DNA of 35,658 bases from a virus (IMGVR_UViG_3300020045_003679:1-35658); one strand, 5' to 3'; shown: positions 7,955 to 15,594, counted from the stretch's first letter. Notes: a model not told the origin generated them from the sequence alone. Numbers and translations: made by a program.

Positions 7955-8116
7955 TCAATTATAAACAACACGCCCAACAATCAGGCCCGTACTGGAATTA
8001 TACACACATTCCCCTTGTTCATCCTCAATTAGTTCCCAATGAGGCGACCAATCGAGAACGCTCGCCAGAGAATCAAATGAAAGGGAATAGCCTGATGTTA
8101 GCTTGATTTGTAGCAT
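7955..8116 (-). CDS. hypothetical early-region protein
   Basis: Begins MLQIKLTSG; starts just after the upstream stop. Confidence 0.5.
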   Translation of the reverse strand: MLQIKLTSGYSLSFDSLASVLDWSPHWELIEDEQGECVYNSSTGLIVGRVVYN

Positions 8117-8117
8117 G

Positions 8118-8321
8118 TTAGTTTTCCTGCAAAGTGAATGCGGGATGAGAGTGTACATCATATCCTGCGTCTACTGCCCAGTCTATTAGGCGGAGTCTGT
8201 CTATATCAAATACATCACTTACAAAGCAGCCTTGTTTATATCCGTCAAGCATAACAAGGCCGTAGATTGCAAGCTTTCTGCTAGTCTGGTTTGCTGGAAT
8301 TTCCTGTACAAAAACTTTCAT
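8118..8321 (-). CDS. hypothetical early-region protein
   Basis: AAGGA SD; 67 aa. Confidence 0.55.
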   Translation of the reverse strand: MKVFVQEIPANQTSRKLAIYGLVMLDGYKQGCFVSDVFDIDRLRLIDWAVDAGYDVHSHPAFTLQEN

Positions 8322-8339
8322 GATAATTTCCTTTAAATG

Positions 8340-8495
8340 TTACTTGATAACGACAGCCAGAATGGCAAGCAATGTAACAACATACCCGAAAGCCTTCACA
8401 TAATTGAAGCTTGCTGCCTTCTTTACAGAATCCTTACGGGATACAGCATAAGACGTAAAGCCTTGAACGTTTGCAGTGAATTCGCTTTTAGACAT
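8340..8495 (-). CDS. small tail-anchored membrane protein (51 aa)
   Basis: MSKSEFTANV...FGYVVTLLAILAVVIK; first gene after the promoter. Confidence 0.55.
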   Translation of the reverse strand: MSKSEFTANVQGFTSYAVSRKDSVKKAASFNYVKAFGYVVTLLAILAVVIK

Positions 8496-8533
8496 TTTGA
8501 TCTTCCTTGTGTGTTGTTTGCTTCAGAGATTCT

Positions 8534-8563
8534 ATTGTAGATGATAACATTAGAGACATACAA
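8534..8563 (-). promoter_or_regulatory. sigma70 promoter
   Basis: TTGTAT-18-TACAAT; the upstream TTGCAAATAATCC is nearly identical to that of the promoter at 15595-15623. Confidence 0.6.
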
Positions 8564-8617
8564 GGATTATTTGCAAATAGTTTTGTAAAGATATGTAAAG
8601 AGGGGTTACATAAGAAG

Positions 8618-8637
8618 AGCCCCGCTAATGCGGGGCT
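8618..8637 (-). terminator. intrinsic terminator
   Basis: AGCCCCGC-TAAT-GCGGGGCT hairpin, followed by CTTCTT on the - strand. Confidence 0.7.
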
Positions 8638-8642
8638 TTGTC

Positions 8643-8852
8643 TCATTCCTTGTCCACGTCTGCTAGGTTCTCGTGGGGAATGATATAGATGCCATACTCT
8701 AAGTCCCCGCCGCCTGTTCCATAGTCACTTGTTCCAAGGATGCCAGCACATCCGTTAGGCTTTCCATTTGGGCAAAGCTCGATAAATACGGGTTCGTCTA
8801 GGTCAAACTCTAGCAGTTGATTGATGAGCGTACGAATCTTGATTGTTTGCAT
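8643..8852 (-). CDS. hypothetical early-region protein
   Basis: Begins MQTIKIRTLINQLLEFDLDEPV; AAGGGGG SD. Confidence 0.65.
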   Translation of the reverse strand: MQTIKIRTLINQLLEFDLDEPVFIELCPNGKPNGCAGILGTSDYGTGGGDLEYGIYIIPHENLADVDKE

Positions 8853-8867
8853 TTTACCCCCTTATAG

Positions 8868-9050
8868 CTAGTTGTAATAATCAATGCGGATCTTGTCTAG
8901 CCTGTTTTCCGCTTCCTGTAGATCAAGTGCAGCTTGCAAGAGTTCCTCTAGCTCTCCGCTCTCTTTGGCTTCCTCTAGGGCTTCTCTCGCCTCTTCAAAG
9001 GCTTGTAAAGCTTCTTGCATAACTGATGCATCAAGGTATCGTCTAAACAT
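8868..9050 (-). CDS. acidic helical small protein
   Basis: Glu-rich 60-aa ORF. Confidence 0.55.
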   Translation of the reverse strand: MFRRYLDASVMQEALQAFEEAREALEEAKESGELEELLQAALDLQEAENRLDKIRIDYYN

Positions 9051-9052
9051 GT

Positions 9053-9229
9053 TCAAACTGCCAAGCCGCTGATACGATAATAACGATTATCAAGAATGCG
9101 CCTTACGTCAATTGTCCCTGCAGAATAGATGCTTACAACTACACAATCCCCTAGACGTTCGCAAGTGATTTTGTCGCCATTCTGCAAAGCGCCTTCCTGT
9201 TTAAGCTTACCTAGTGTGATATCGGACAT
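9053..9229 (-). CDS. hypothetical protein (58 aa, MSDITLGK...)
   Basis: Read from the sequence; fills the gap between its neighbours. Confidence 0.5.
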   Translation of the reverse strand: MSDITLGKLKQEGALQNGDKITCERLGDCVVVSIYSAGTIDVRRILDNRYYRISGLAV

Positions 9230-9232
9230 AGC

Positions 9233-9352
9233 TCAGCTCTCCCAATAAAAAACAATACGCTCAGGCTTGCGCCCCTGCTTGGGCTGCTGTTCCGTGTAAG
9301 CCTTGCGGGGCTTGCTGGATTTCACTTTAATGCGGCTTGTGTTTGTTTGCAT
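9233..9352 (-). CDS. small basic protein (39 aa)
   Basis: Begins MQTNTSRIKVKSSKPRK; AGGA SD-like sequence. Confidence 0.4.
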   Translation of the reverse strand: MQTNTSRIKVKSSKPRKAYTEQQPKQGRKPERIVFYWES

Positions 9353-9370
9353 TTTGTCTTGTCCTATTCG

Positions 9371-9787
9371 TTAAAAGATAGCGCCCGAAACCTTACTACT
9401 CTGCACAACATACCCCTTGTCTATTGCCCGTGCAACATCGCACAATACCCTTTGCCGACTATGCTTTGCAAAGCCAGAGGATAGCATTGTTTCGCTAATG
9501 TCTGAAGCTTCCTGCCCTGCTTTCTCTGCAATGACGCCTACAATAGCCGCAAGGATAGACTTAGAGCCTTGCAAGTATTCCACGCCCCGAGGGGTAACCG
9601 TGTAGCTGATCCGCATACACTCACGCATACGCTGCATTGTCTCTATCTTGCAATGCTTGCGTGTCATTCCTTTTAGTACATCCTGCGCACTGGAGCGAGC
9701 CATGTGAAAATGTGCTGCAATGTTCTCTGCCTTCAGGCCATTGGCTGCAATCCTGCGCCCTGATGCGTGTTTGATGTATGTGATCAT
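9371..9787 (-). CDS. hypothetical early-region protein
   Basis: Begins MITYIKHASG; AAGGG SD. Confidence 0.6.
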   Translation of the reverse strand: MITYIKHASGRRIAANGLKAENIAAHFHMARSSAQDVLKGMTRKHCKIETMQRMRECMRISYTVTPRGVEYLQGSKSILAAIVGVIAEKAGQEASDISETMLSSGFAKHSRQRVLCDVARAIDKGYVVQSSKVSGAIF

Positions 9788-9797
9788 GATTCGCCCC

Positions 9798-10214
9798 TTA
9801 GTTAGTGCGGAAAATGTAATAACCTGCAGTTTCAAGCTCTGAGCCATCATAACCGCTGAATGTATGGCCGTACCCATCCACATAAGCATTCTGTGCGGTT
9901 TGTTCCCAATCAATCGACAAGGCGATAAAATCCGGCACTTGATCAAGTTTCAAGTCGTAACAATCTTCTACTGTTTGCTTAATTTCGTCTACATAAATTT
10001 GCCAGATGTCACCCTCACTAATAATCCGGTATTCGTTACCATCAAAATCAAGTGTAAAGTCACTATCGCCGTCTTGAATCTTTTCCTCAAGAAACAAAAC
10101 AGCTTCCTTGACTTCGCTATAATCGCAACGGTGCGAATGATAACCGCAAATCTCGGACAAGATACGGCCAGCACGTTGGCGGTTAGAATCGTAAGACTTG
10201 TTTGTTTTGATCAT
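9798..10214 (-). CDS. acidic protein with ArdA-like C-terminus (possible antirestriction DNA mimic)
   Basis: IDWEQTAQNAYVDGYG...YYIFRTN; Asp/Glu-rich. Confidence 0.5.
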   Translation of the reverse strand: MIKTNKSYDSNRQRAGRILSEICGYHSHRCDYSEVKEAVLFLEEKIQDGDSDFTLDFDGNEYRIISEGDIWQIYVDEIKQTVEDCYDLKLDQVPDFIALSIDWEQTAQNAYVDGYGHTFSGYDGSELETAGYYIFRTN

Positions 10215-10291
10215 GATAAAGCCCTTTGTAAAGAATGAATGAGAGAACAACAGGAAGAACAATAACACGTTACTTTTAAAGCTTGCAAGCT

Positions 10292-10444
10292 TTATTTAAC
10301 AGCTTCACATTGCAAAGCAATCGTAAGACAACGCAATGCCGTAGCTTCGTTCCACCCTGTACGCTTGATGATGTTGCGCTTAGCTGCAAAGCGGCCCCAT
10401 TGGGTAACATTGCGTGCAGCATTGATAACAGTTTGTGTGTGCAT
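10292..10444 (-). CDS. first small gene of the early cassette (50 aa)
   Basis: Begins MHTQTVINAAR; AAGGA SD; directly after the promoter. Confidence 0.6.
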   Translation of the reverse strand: MHTQTVINAARNVTQWGRFAAKRNIIKRTGWNEATALRCLTIALQCEAVK

Positions 10445-10476
10445 GGCTTGGTTCCTTGTTTTGTTGGTATGACTGA

Positions 10477-10504
10477 ATTCTACGCTATCCCGTAACATTA
10501 GCAA
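10477..10504 (-). promoter_or_regulatory. sigma70 promoter
   Basis: TTGCTA-16-TAGAAT. Confidence 0.55.
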
Positions 10505-10604
10505 GAAAAGAATTCCTATCACAAAATCCCTTCTCGATTGTTTCCCGCTATCATTCTGCAAAGCTCACCTCGCTATAAAAACAAACGCGCAGGCGCGTAC
10601 ACGT

Positions 10605-10621
10605 AGCAAGCCCCGTGCCAG
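10605..10621 (-). promoter_or_regulatory. sigma54 (RpoN) -24/-12 consensus site
   Basis: The - strand reads CTGGCACGGGGCTTGCT, i.e. TGGCACG-N4-TTGCW. Confidence 0.65.
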
Positions 10622-10737
10622 AGGAACAAAGATTAACATTGACAAGGAATTGTCAACAGGTCTATCATTGATTTATTCAATGCGTTGGCAGAATTGTGCT
10701 GGCGTGTTATTTGTTGCGAAGAATTCTCGATTAGAAA

Positions 10738-10860
10738 CTATCCACAGGCTCTTTTGTTGTATTCCTGCGAAAGTGTCTCATTCTGCGCCTATTTGCAGGG
10801 TTATCCACAGGCGCTAGAAAATCACAGGATTTTCATCGAGTTTTCCACAAGTTATCCACA
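10738..10860 (+). promoter_or_regulatory. cluster of four co-oriented DnaA boxes
   Basis: CTATCCACA 10738, TTATCCACA 10801, TTTTCCACA 10841, TTATCCACA 10852. Confidence 0.8.
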
Positions 10861-11061
10861 ATCAGTACCTGACTGCTGTAGAGGGTTATTAGGAATCCGT
10901 CACGCCATTTTTTGTGTACAAAGGGTGTCCCGCCGGATTTAGACCAAAATTGAGTTACCTAAATCCGAGCGAAAAGTCTAGCTGAGATTCTTCGACTAGG
11001 GATTGTAGCACACTCTCCCTAGAATAATTACTCCACAGCTACCAGAACTTTATGAGTTCGC

Positions 11062-11322
11062 TCAGAAGTTTTGTTGTATGTGCAGGCTCCACTCTGCTTG
11101 CAGATCCTCTGTAGTCTTCTCCGCAGCCAATAGCTGCTCTTTCAACAAAGCAATCTCTGCATTGCGACAATAGAGTTCGTATTCAAGAGTTGAGAGGTTT
11201 GCATCAACTCCTAGAAGCCTTTCGTGGTTATTTATAGCAGACTGTACAAAAGCCCTCACAAGATCCTCAGAAACCTTCGTTCCAGTGCACAGTGATCCCG
11301 CTGTCTTATAATCAAAAGCCAT
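11062..11322 (-). CDS. hypothetical coiled-coil protein
   Basis: 86 aa; AAGGTGG SD. Confidence 0.55.
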   Translation of the reverse strand: MAFDYKTAGSLCTGTKVSEDLVRAFVQSAINNHERLLGVDANLSTLEYELYCRNAEIALLKEQLLAAEKTTEDLQAEWSLHIQQNF

Positions 11323-11371
11323 ATAGCCACCTTTCCATACGTTTTCCCAGAATAAGCTGGAGAATTCCTTC

Positions 11372-11443
11372 CGTTGTTTCTATGCAACATTGTGTTGTAT
11401 TTACGCAACAGAAGGAGGGGTAAAGTGTTGTATTAAAACAACA
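11372..11443. repeat. three tandem palindromic operator-like sites YGTTG-N8-CAACA
   Basis: 11372-11389, 11393-11410 and 11426-11443, plus a half-site at 11445. Confidence 0.75.
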
Positions 11444-11599
11444 ATGTTGTATTCCTGTATGTTACATATTTCCGTCAAATCCTGCTAAATGACGAAGATT
11501 TGTAACATGTACGTTTTAGGCTAATTCCTGTACATAAAAGGTAAAATAAGAATCAGAAATTCAATCTGGAAATGTCCAAATGGAAATCCAAAACTGGAA

Positions 11600-11860
11600 T
11601 TAGTCCTCGTCAATCTCCAACACGCCGTCCCTGTGCATACGCTGCACAAAGTCAAGATGTGTGAAGAGGCTATCACAACTGGCCTCTCCTTGTCCAATGA
11701 ACTCGCCACGCTCACGTAACACGTTGTCCCACTCCCACACCATTGTCTCTGCGTACATACGTCCATAAGCTCCTGATGCACTACTCTCACGGTTGATTGT
11801 GCTGATGTAGTAGTGCTTCCCGTTACGCTGTACGATTGTGTATGCTATAAGGTTGCTCAT
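11600..11860 (-). CDS. hypothetical protein, paralogue of 14237-14515
   Basis: STINRESS...YAETMVW...QGEASCDSLFTH; GGAGG SD. Confidence 0.75.
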   Translation of the reverse strand: MSNLIAYTIVQRNGKHYYISTINRESSASGAYGRMYAETMVWEWDNVLRERGEFIGQGEASCDSLFTHLDFVQRMHRDGVLEIDED

Positions 11861-11879
11861 AGTTCCTCCATAAAACGAA

Positions 11880-11908
11880 ATTTTACTTTAGCCTGCTAGA
11901 AATGTCAA
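11880..11908 (-). promoter_or_regulatory. sigma70 promoter
   Basis: TTGACA-17-TAAAAT. Confidence 0.8.
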
Positions 11909-11912
11909 GTCG

Positions 11913-12221
11913 CTACTGCGTAGCGCATTGCTCCACAATCCTCTCCATATTCATCTGGATATACCAATCAAGGTAATCCACATATTCGCTCTCCAGCCCA
12001 AGAGGCCCACGACGTAGCTCCTTTGTAGCCGTGCTGATGAAATCATACAGATCCACTCCGTTGACGTGGAAGCTGTGTGTTTCCCATTCAGCAGGCCAGC
12101 CTTCACGCCACTGCCCCTCCCAACCATACGACACAGAAGGCTCCTCTGGAGTAAAAACTCCCGTAAGCACAGCCTCGTGATCAAAGAACGGGAGGGTGAT
12201 TGTTGATAGGGATTGTTTCAT
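11913..12221 (-). CDS. hypothetical protein
   Basis: 102 aa; ATGA coupling. Confidence 0.65.
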   Translation of the reverse strand: MKQSLSTITLPFFDHEAVLTGVFTPEEPSVSYGWEGQWREGWPAEWETHSFHVNGVDLYDFISTATKELRRGPLGLESEYVDYLDWYIQMNMERIVEQCATQ

Positions 12222-13015
12222 TGTTGGGCCTTTCTGTAGGCTACGATGTTGTCGCTGTCTGCATGCTCAGTCCAATTCCAGTAAATTGCCAAGTCAGAGT
12301 TGATTATAGTTCCATCCTGCAAAAACAATTGTACTTCCAAGGAACGTGCCCACAAAGGGCACGCCGAATCAGGCGTAGACTGATGAGTTACCCAGTATCC
12401 CTTGTCAAAGGCAGCCTTTAGGCTGTGATCCTCTTCAGCACACTTCTGGGCCTTGTTGAAAGCCACATCCTCCGGCTTATAATTAGGGGCAGGAGGCGTC
12501 CAAGGGATGATTTTGTGGGTGATGTTCTCTTGTTTAGATGAGATATTTGTGCTTCCATTCTCATCACACCATACGCCGTCCTCCACCCAATACATTGCGT
12601 CTACATCATCCTCATCGTATTGGGTGACAACTGATCGAGTACCATCAGCAAGGACTACCTTATCCCCCACCTTCAGCTTAACGTCTGAGGACATTGGGAT
12701 GAGGGTTTCTGGACGTGTGCCCTTTACAGGCTTACGCTTGCTTCGTTTGGTCTGCTGGGATGGGCCTGTAGCAACAGGCTTCAGTAGTTTTGTCTGCACC
12801 ATAATTACTCGACCTGAGTCTGTTTCTGCAATAGCGATGCCCTCCATGCCATAGCGCTCTGCGTCATCTGCAACCAATCCAGCTAGGGAGATTTCTACAT
12901 CCTTACCGTGCACCTTGTAAGGAATGCTGCCAGTCAAATACATCAAGTCTTGCTTCAAGATCCCCGTTCTACGGGCTTCTAGCACCTCGGACTCATTCGC
13001 ATTACGCATCTTCAT
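12218..13015 (-). CDS. multi-module hypothetical protein
   Basis: 265 aa; SH3-like LKVGDKVVLADG segment; C-terminal W.W...DNIVAYR domain; AAGGAG SD. Confidence 0.75.
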   Translation of the reverse strand: MKMRNANESEVLEARRTGILKQDLMYLTGSIPYKVHGKDVEISLAGLVADDAERYGMEGIAIAETDSGRVIMVQTKLLKPVATGPSQQTKRSKRKPVKGTRPETLIPMSSDVKLKVGDKVVLADGTRSVVTQYDEDDVDAMYWVEDGVWCDENGSTNISSKQENITHKIIPWTPPAPNYKPEDVAFNKAQKCAEEDHSLKAAFDKGYWVTHQSTPDSACPLWARSLEVQLFLQDGTIINSDLAIYWNWTEHADSDNIVAYRKAQQ

Positions 13016-13096
13016 TCTCCTTGTCTAAAATAAAATTTCATTCCCGTTCTGGGAATGCTCGTTTCTAAATTGGGAATTATCGTTCCCATAGACGTA

Positions 13097-13125
13097 ATAA
13101 TAGGGCTATCAACTGTGAAAGTCAA
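13097..13125 (-). promoter_or_regulatory. sigma70 promoter overlapping an inverted repeat
   Basis: TTGACT-17-TATTAT; AGGGCTAT...ATAGCCCT arms overlap it. Confidence 0.75.
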
Positions 13126-13143
13126 TAGCCCTGTGTGAATTAT

Positions 13144-13470
13144 TTACATCTCCTCCAGCCAAGAGCGAAGTCCTTCAGTTTTCAACATCAGCCAAGGCTT
13201 CTCCAGAGCCTTCTGGAACAAGTCAATCTGGCATTGCACACCTTCAGGCTCTCCTGCAAGCACCACAGCAGGATTACTGCTCCAAGATGCAGGCTCTCCA
13301 GCTTCGTTGTAATACACCTCGTGAATGGCATACTCGAATTCTCCATTGCCGCAGTAGGCAGAGATTACTCGGAAGTTCCACCCGCTACGCGGGCGGTTCT
13401 CGCTCTCACTGTGTTCGCCCGAGTTCCATTTATTGCTGCGTGGGGAGGTTGTTAGGGTTTTGGTTAGCAT
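13144..13470 (-). CDS. hypothetical protein
   Basis: WNFRV...YAIHEVYY...ALEKP pattern; coupled to thyX. Confidence 0.7.
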   Translation of the reverse strand: MLTKTLTTSPRSNKWNSGEHSESENRPRSGWNFRVISAYCGNGEFEYAIHEVYYNEAGEPASWSSNPAVVLAGEPEGVQCQIDLFQKALEKPWLMLKTEGLRSWLEEM

Positions 13471-14240
13471 TACAGTCCCTCTCCATAATTCAAAGCCTTC
13501 ATGCTCTCAGGAAAATGAGTATAGAGAATTGTCCCGAGCTTACCTGCAAACTCCTGAGCTGCATTCTGGGCATGTGCGTCTTTGCGTAGCTGATAGATTC
13601 TATTCATAGCGAGAAGTGACCCTGACCAGATCCACGTAGTCATTGCGTTCAATGGCAGCACAACACGGGCTTCTTCTGGGGCTACACCTGCCTCAAGAAG
13701 ATCATAGTAAGCTTGTACAGCCATCTCCGAAGCAATCTGGATTACCTGTGAGGCAGAACGATCTACGCCGTCTCGTTGCGGCAAGCTGTTGTCCCCATAT
13801 TCGCCCCACACGTAGATTGTGTGCTCCTCGTCAGAAGCCCCTTGCTTCGCATGTGCAGGGGCCTTATGCACAACATCAGGAAGCCACAGGGCTACATCAC
13901 TCTTAATGTATCGGCGGGACTCTTCATTCCAAGATAATCCAACTTGATGCTTAACAAGCTGCCGTGCAAGGAAGAATGGAGCTTGCACACGAACACTGAT
14001 GAACGTATGGCAGAATGGCGAGAAGTGTGTATGTGCCTTGGCCATTGCCTCCCAGTTGTCACGTTCTGCTGAAGGTAGGCCTGTTGCAAGGTAGGCCAAC
14101 AAGTTAGCATCCTTGGCACTGAAAGCTGTATCATCCCACTGAGAGAAGGACACCTTTGCTGCATTCACCACACGTTTATCTGTGCCCATGTGGTCAATGT
14201 ATTCTACACTAATGGGCTTAATTTCAATCTTCCGCGTCAT
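13470..14240 (-). CDS. thyX: flavin-dependent thymidylate synthase
   Basis: VNAAKVSF, HFSPF, ARQLVKHQVGLSWNEESRRY, APEEARVVLP, LRKDAHAQ. Confidence 0.92.
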   Translation of the reverse strand: MTRKIEIKPISVEYIDHMGTDKRVVNAAKVSFSQWDDTAFSAKDANLLAYLATGLPSAERDNWEAMAKAHTHFSPFCHTFISVRVQAPFFLARQLVKHQVGLSWNEESRRYIKSDVALWLPDVVHKAPAHAKQGASDEEHTIYVWGEYGDNSLPQRDGVDRSASQVIQIASEMAVQAYYDLLEAGVAPEEARVVLPLNAMTTWIWSGSLLAMNRIYQLRKDAHAQNAAQEFAGKLGTILYTHFPESMKALNYGEGL

Positions 14241-14515
14241 TCTCCCTCCTCAAAAATAGTATCATGATTATTCACCACTAGGTCATGTGTTCGCAGTGAA
14301 TCAGCACAAGATTCTCCTTGCCATACAATCGTAGAGTCAGCGAAAGTTGCCCCATGCTTAAACACCAACGTCTCAGCATACACCGAAGAATAGACACAAC
14401 TGCTCTCCCGATTGATCGTAGAAACAGTGTATGTGCTCCCATCAAGCACGAATGTATCACGAGCAAGATGCTTTGTCCACTCTTCTCCGTGGCAATCTGT
14501 GAATGTGTTGTTCAT
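14237..14515 (-). CDS. hypothetical protein, paralogue of 11600-11860
   Basis: STINRESS...YAETLVF...QGESCADSLRTH. Confidence 0.75.
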   Translation of the reverse strand: MNNTFTDCHGEEWTKHLARDTFVLDGSTYTVSTINRESSCVYSSVYAETLVFKHGATFADSTIVWQGESCADSLRTHDLVVNNHDTIFEEGE

Positions 14516-14688
14516 CGCCAGTCCTTTCCAAGTTTCGATACATTATTAGTACGCAAATGCACACACCCTTTTACCTTGTATTCCTTTGGCAATCGCTCTG
14601 TAGCGTGCTCAGGGCTGCTCCCAATAACGTAGACGAATGTTACCACGTCTTTAGGGCTTAGGCAACGGAATTCATAAAGGTATTTCAC
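14512..14688 (-). CDS. hypothetical protein
   Basis: GTG start with GGAGGAG SD; coupled. Confidence 0.55.
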   Translation of the reverse strand: MKYLYEFRCLSPKDVVTFVYVIGSSPEHATERLPKEYKVKGCVHLRTNNVSKLGKDWR

Positions 14689-14864
14689 TTCTCCTCCACT
14701 AAAACACAACGCACCTTTTGATTGTTGCTCTCATAGTGCTTGCGAATAAAATTGATAACATACTCGTTATCCCGTTCAACATCATCGCAGAAATCATCCT
14801 GTACAACGGAGTTTCCGCTGACGCTGTCCGAGAGCTTTGTGTGGCAGCGTTTTGTGAATGTCAT
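14685..14864 (-). CDS. hypothetical protein (59 aa, MTFTKRCHT...)
   Basis: Fills the gap; coupled at both ends. Confidence 0.5.
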   Translation of the reverse strand: MTFTKRCHTKLSDSVSGNSVVQDDFCDDVERDNEYVINFIRKHYESNNQKVRCVLVEEK

Positions 14865-15073
14865 TAGTATGAACCATTAAGCTGCCGGATTTTACGAAGC
14901 AAGTCATATTTTTCCGAGATGTCATACTCGTTGCTTGATGCCCTCATACGAAGGCTGATGCCGCTGATGATAAGCACTCCTTCAGCAGCAAAACTCTTAG
15001 TTGAAAGGCTGTACTTCACACGACCAATTGCTGCCCAAAGGCTCTCTCCTGCTTCTGCGTGGTAGGTAGTCAT
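14864..15073 (-). CDS. hypothetical protein
   Basis: AAGGAG SD; 69 aa. Confidence 0.6.
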   Translation of the reverse strand: MTTYHAEAGESLWAAIGRVKYSLSTKSFAAEGVLIISGISLRMRASSNEYDISEKYDLLRKIRQLNGSY

Positions 15074-15084
15074 CTTACTTCTCC

Positions 15085-15558
15085 TTATTCAACATTACTC
15101 AGAAATTTGTAAGCAGCAATGATTTTATCATGGCCCACTTTTTTGGCCGCATCTACAGCATGTCTTTCAGAAGGAAACGGAGGAAATAAACTGAAATGTT
15201 CTGCTGTAGAAAACCAATCCGCGTCTCCCATTAGATCTACTACCCATCCACAATCTTCAGAATCGAGCTTCCCAGCCCCTTCACATTGCCGCAGAGCAAT
15301 CATAACATGGAAAGCATTAGCGAAGCCTTCTGCTACGGAGCGTTCTTTGAAGGAGTTAAGATCAAGATCATTATAACGGCCACCTTCGTCTACCTCTCCG
15401 TTAAGATGAAGGGCTACGAAATAGCAGTCTTCGTTAACATCAACTAAAGCCCAAGGAGTATCCCCCTTCGTAGCTTCCTTCTCATTAGCAAGCTCTTCAA
15501 TTTGCTGCTGAATACTGTTGAGCTGTGCTTGCAGGGATTCGATAGTTTGTTTGGTCAT
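15085..15558 (-). CDS. hypothetical protein with N-terminal coiled coil
   Basis: Begins MTKQTIESLQAQL; AAGGAG SD; first gene after the promoter. Confidence 0.75.
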   Translation of the reverse strand: MTKQTIESLQAQLNSIQQQIEELANEKEATKGDTPWALVDVNEDCYFVALHLNGEVDEGGRYNDLDLNSFKERSVAEGFANAFHVMIALRQCEGAGKLDSEDCGWVVDLMGDADWFSTAEHFSLFPPFPSERHAVDAAKKVGHDKIIAAYKFLSNVE

Positions 15559-15594
15559 TTGGTTCTCCTTGTGTTGTTTATGAAGCATGTAGCT

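Noticed and set aside
9076-9091. GATAAT-N4-ATTATC, resembling a Fur box
   Set aside because: The spacing does not fit the 7-1-7 Fur consensus, and it lies inside a probable CDS (9053-9229).
11372-11460. CRISPR-like or mini-array reading of the TGTTG..CAACA repeats
   Set aside because: The units are 18-bp palindromes with irregular 3-15-bp gaps, with no spacer structure and no cas genes.
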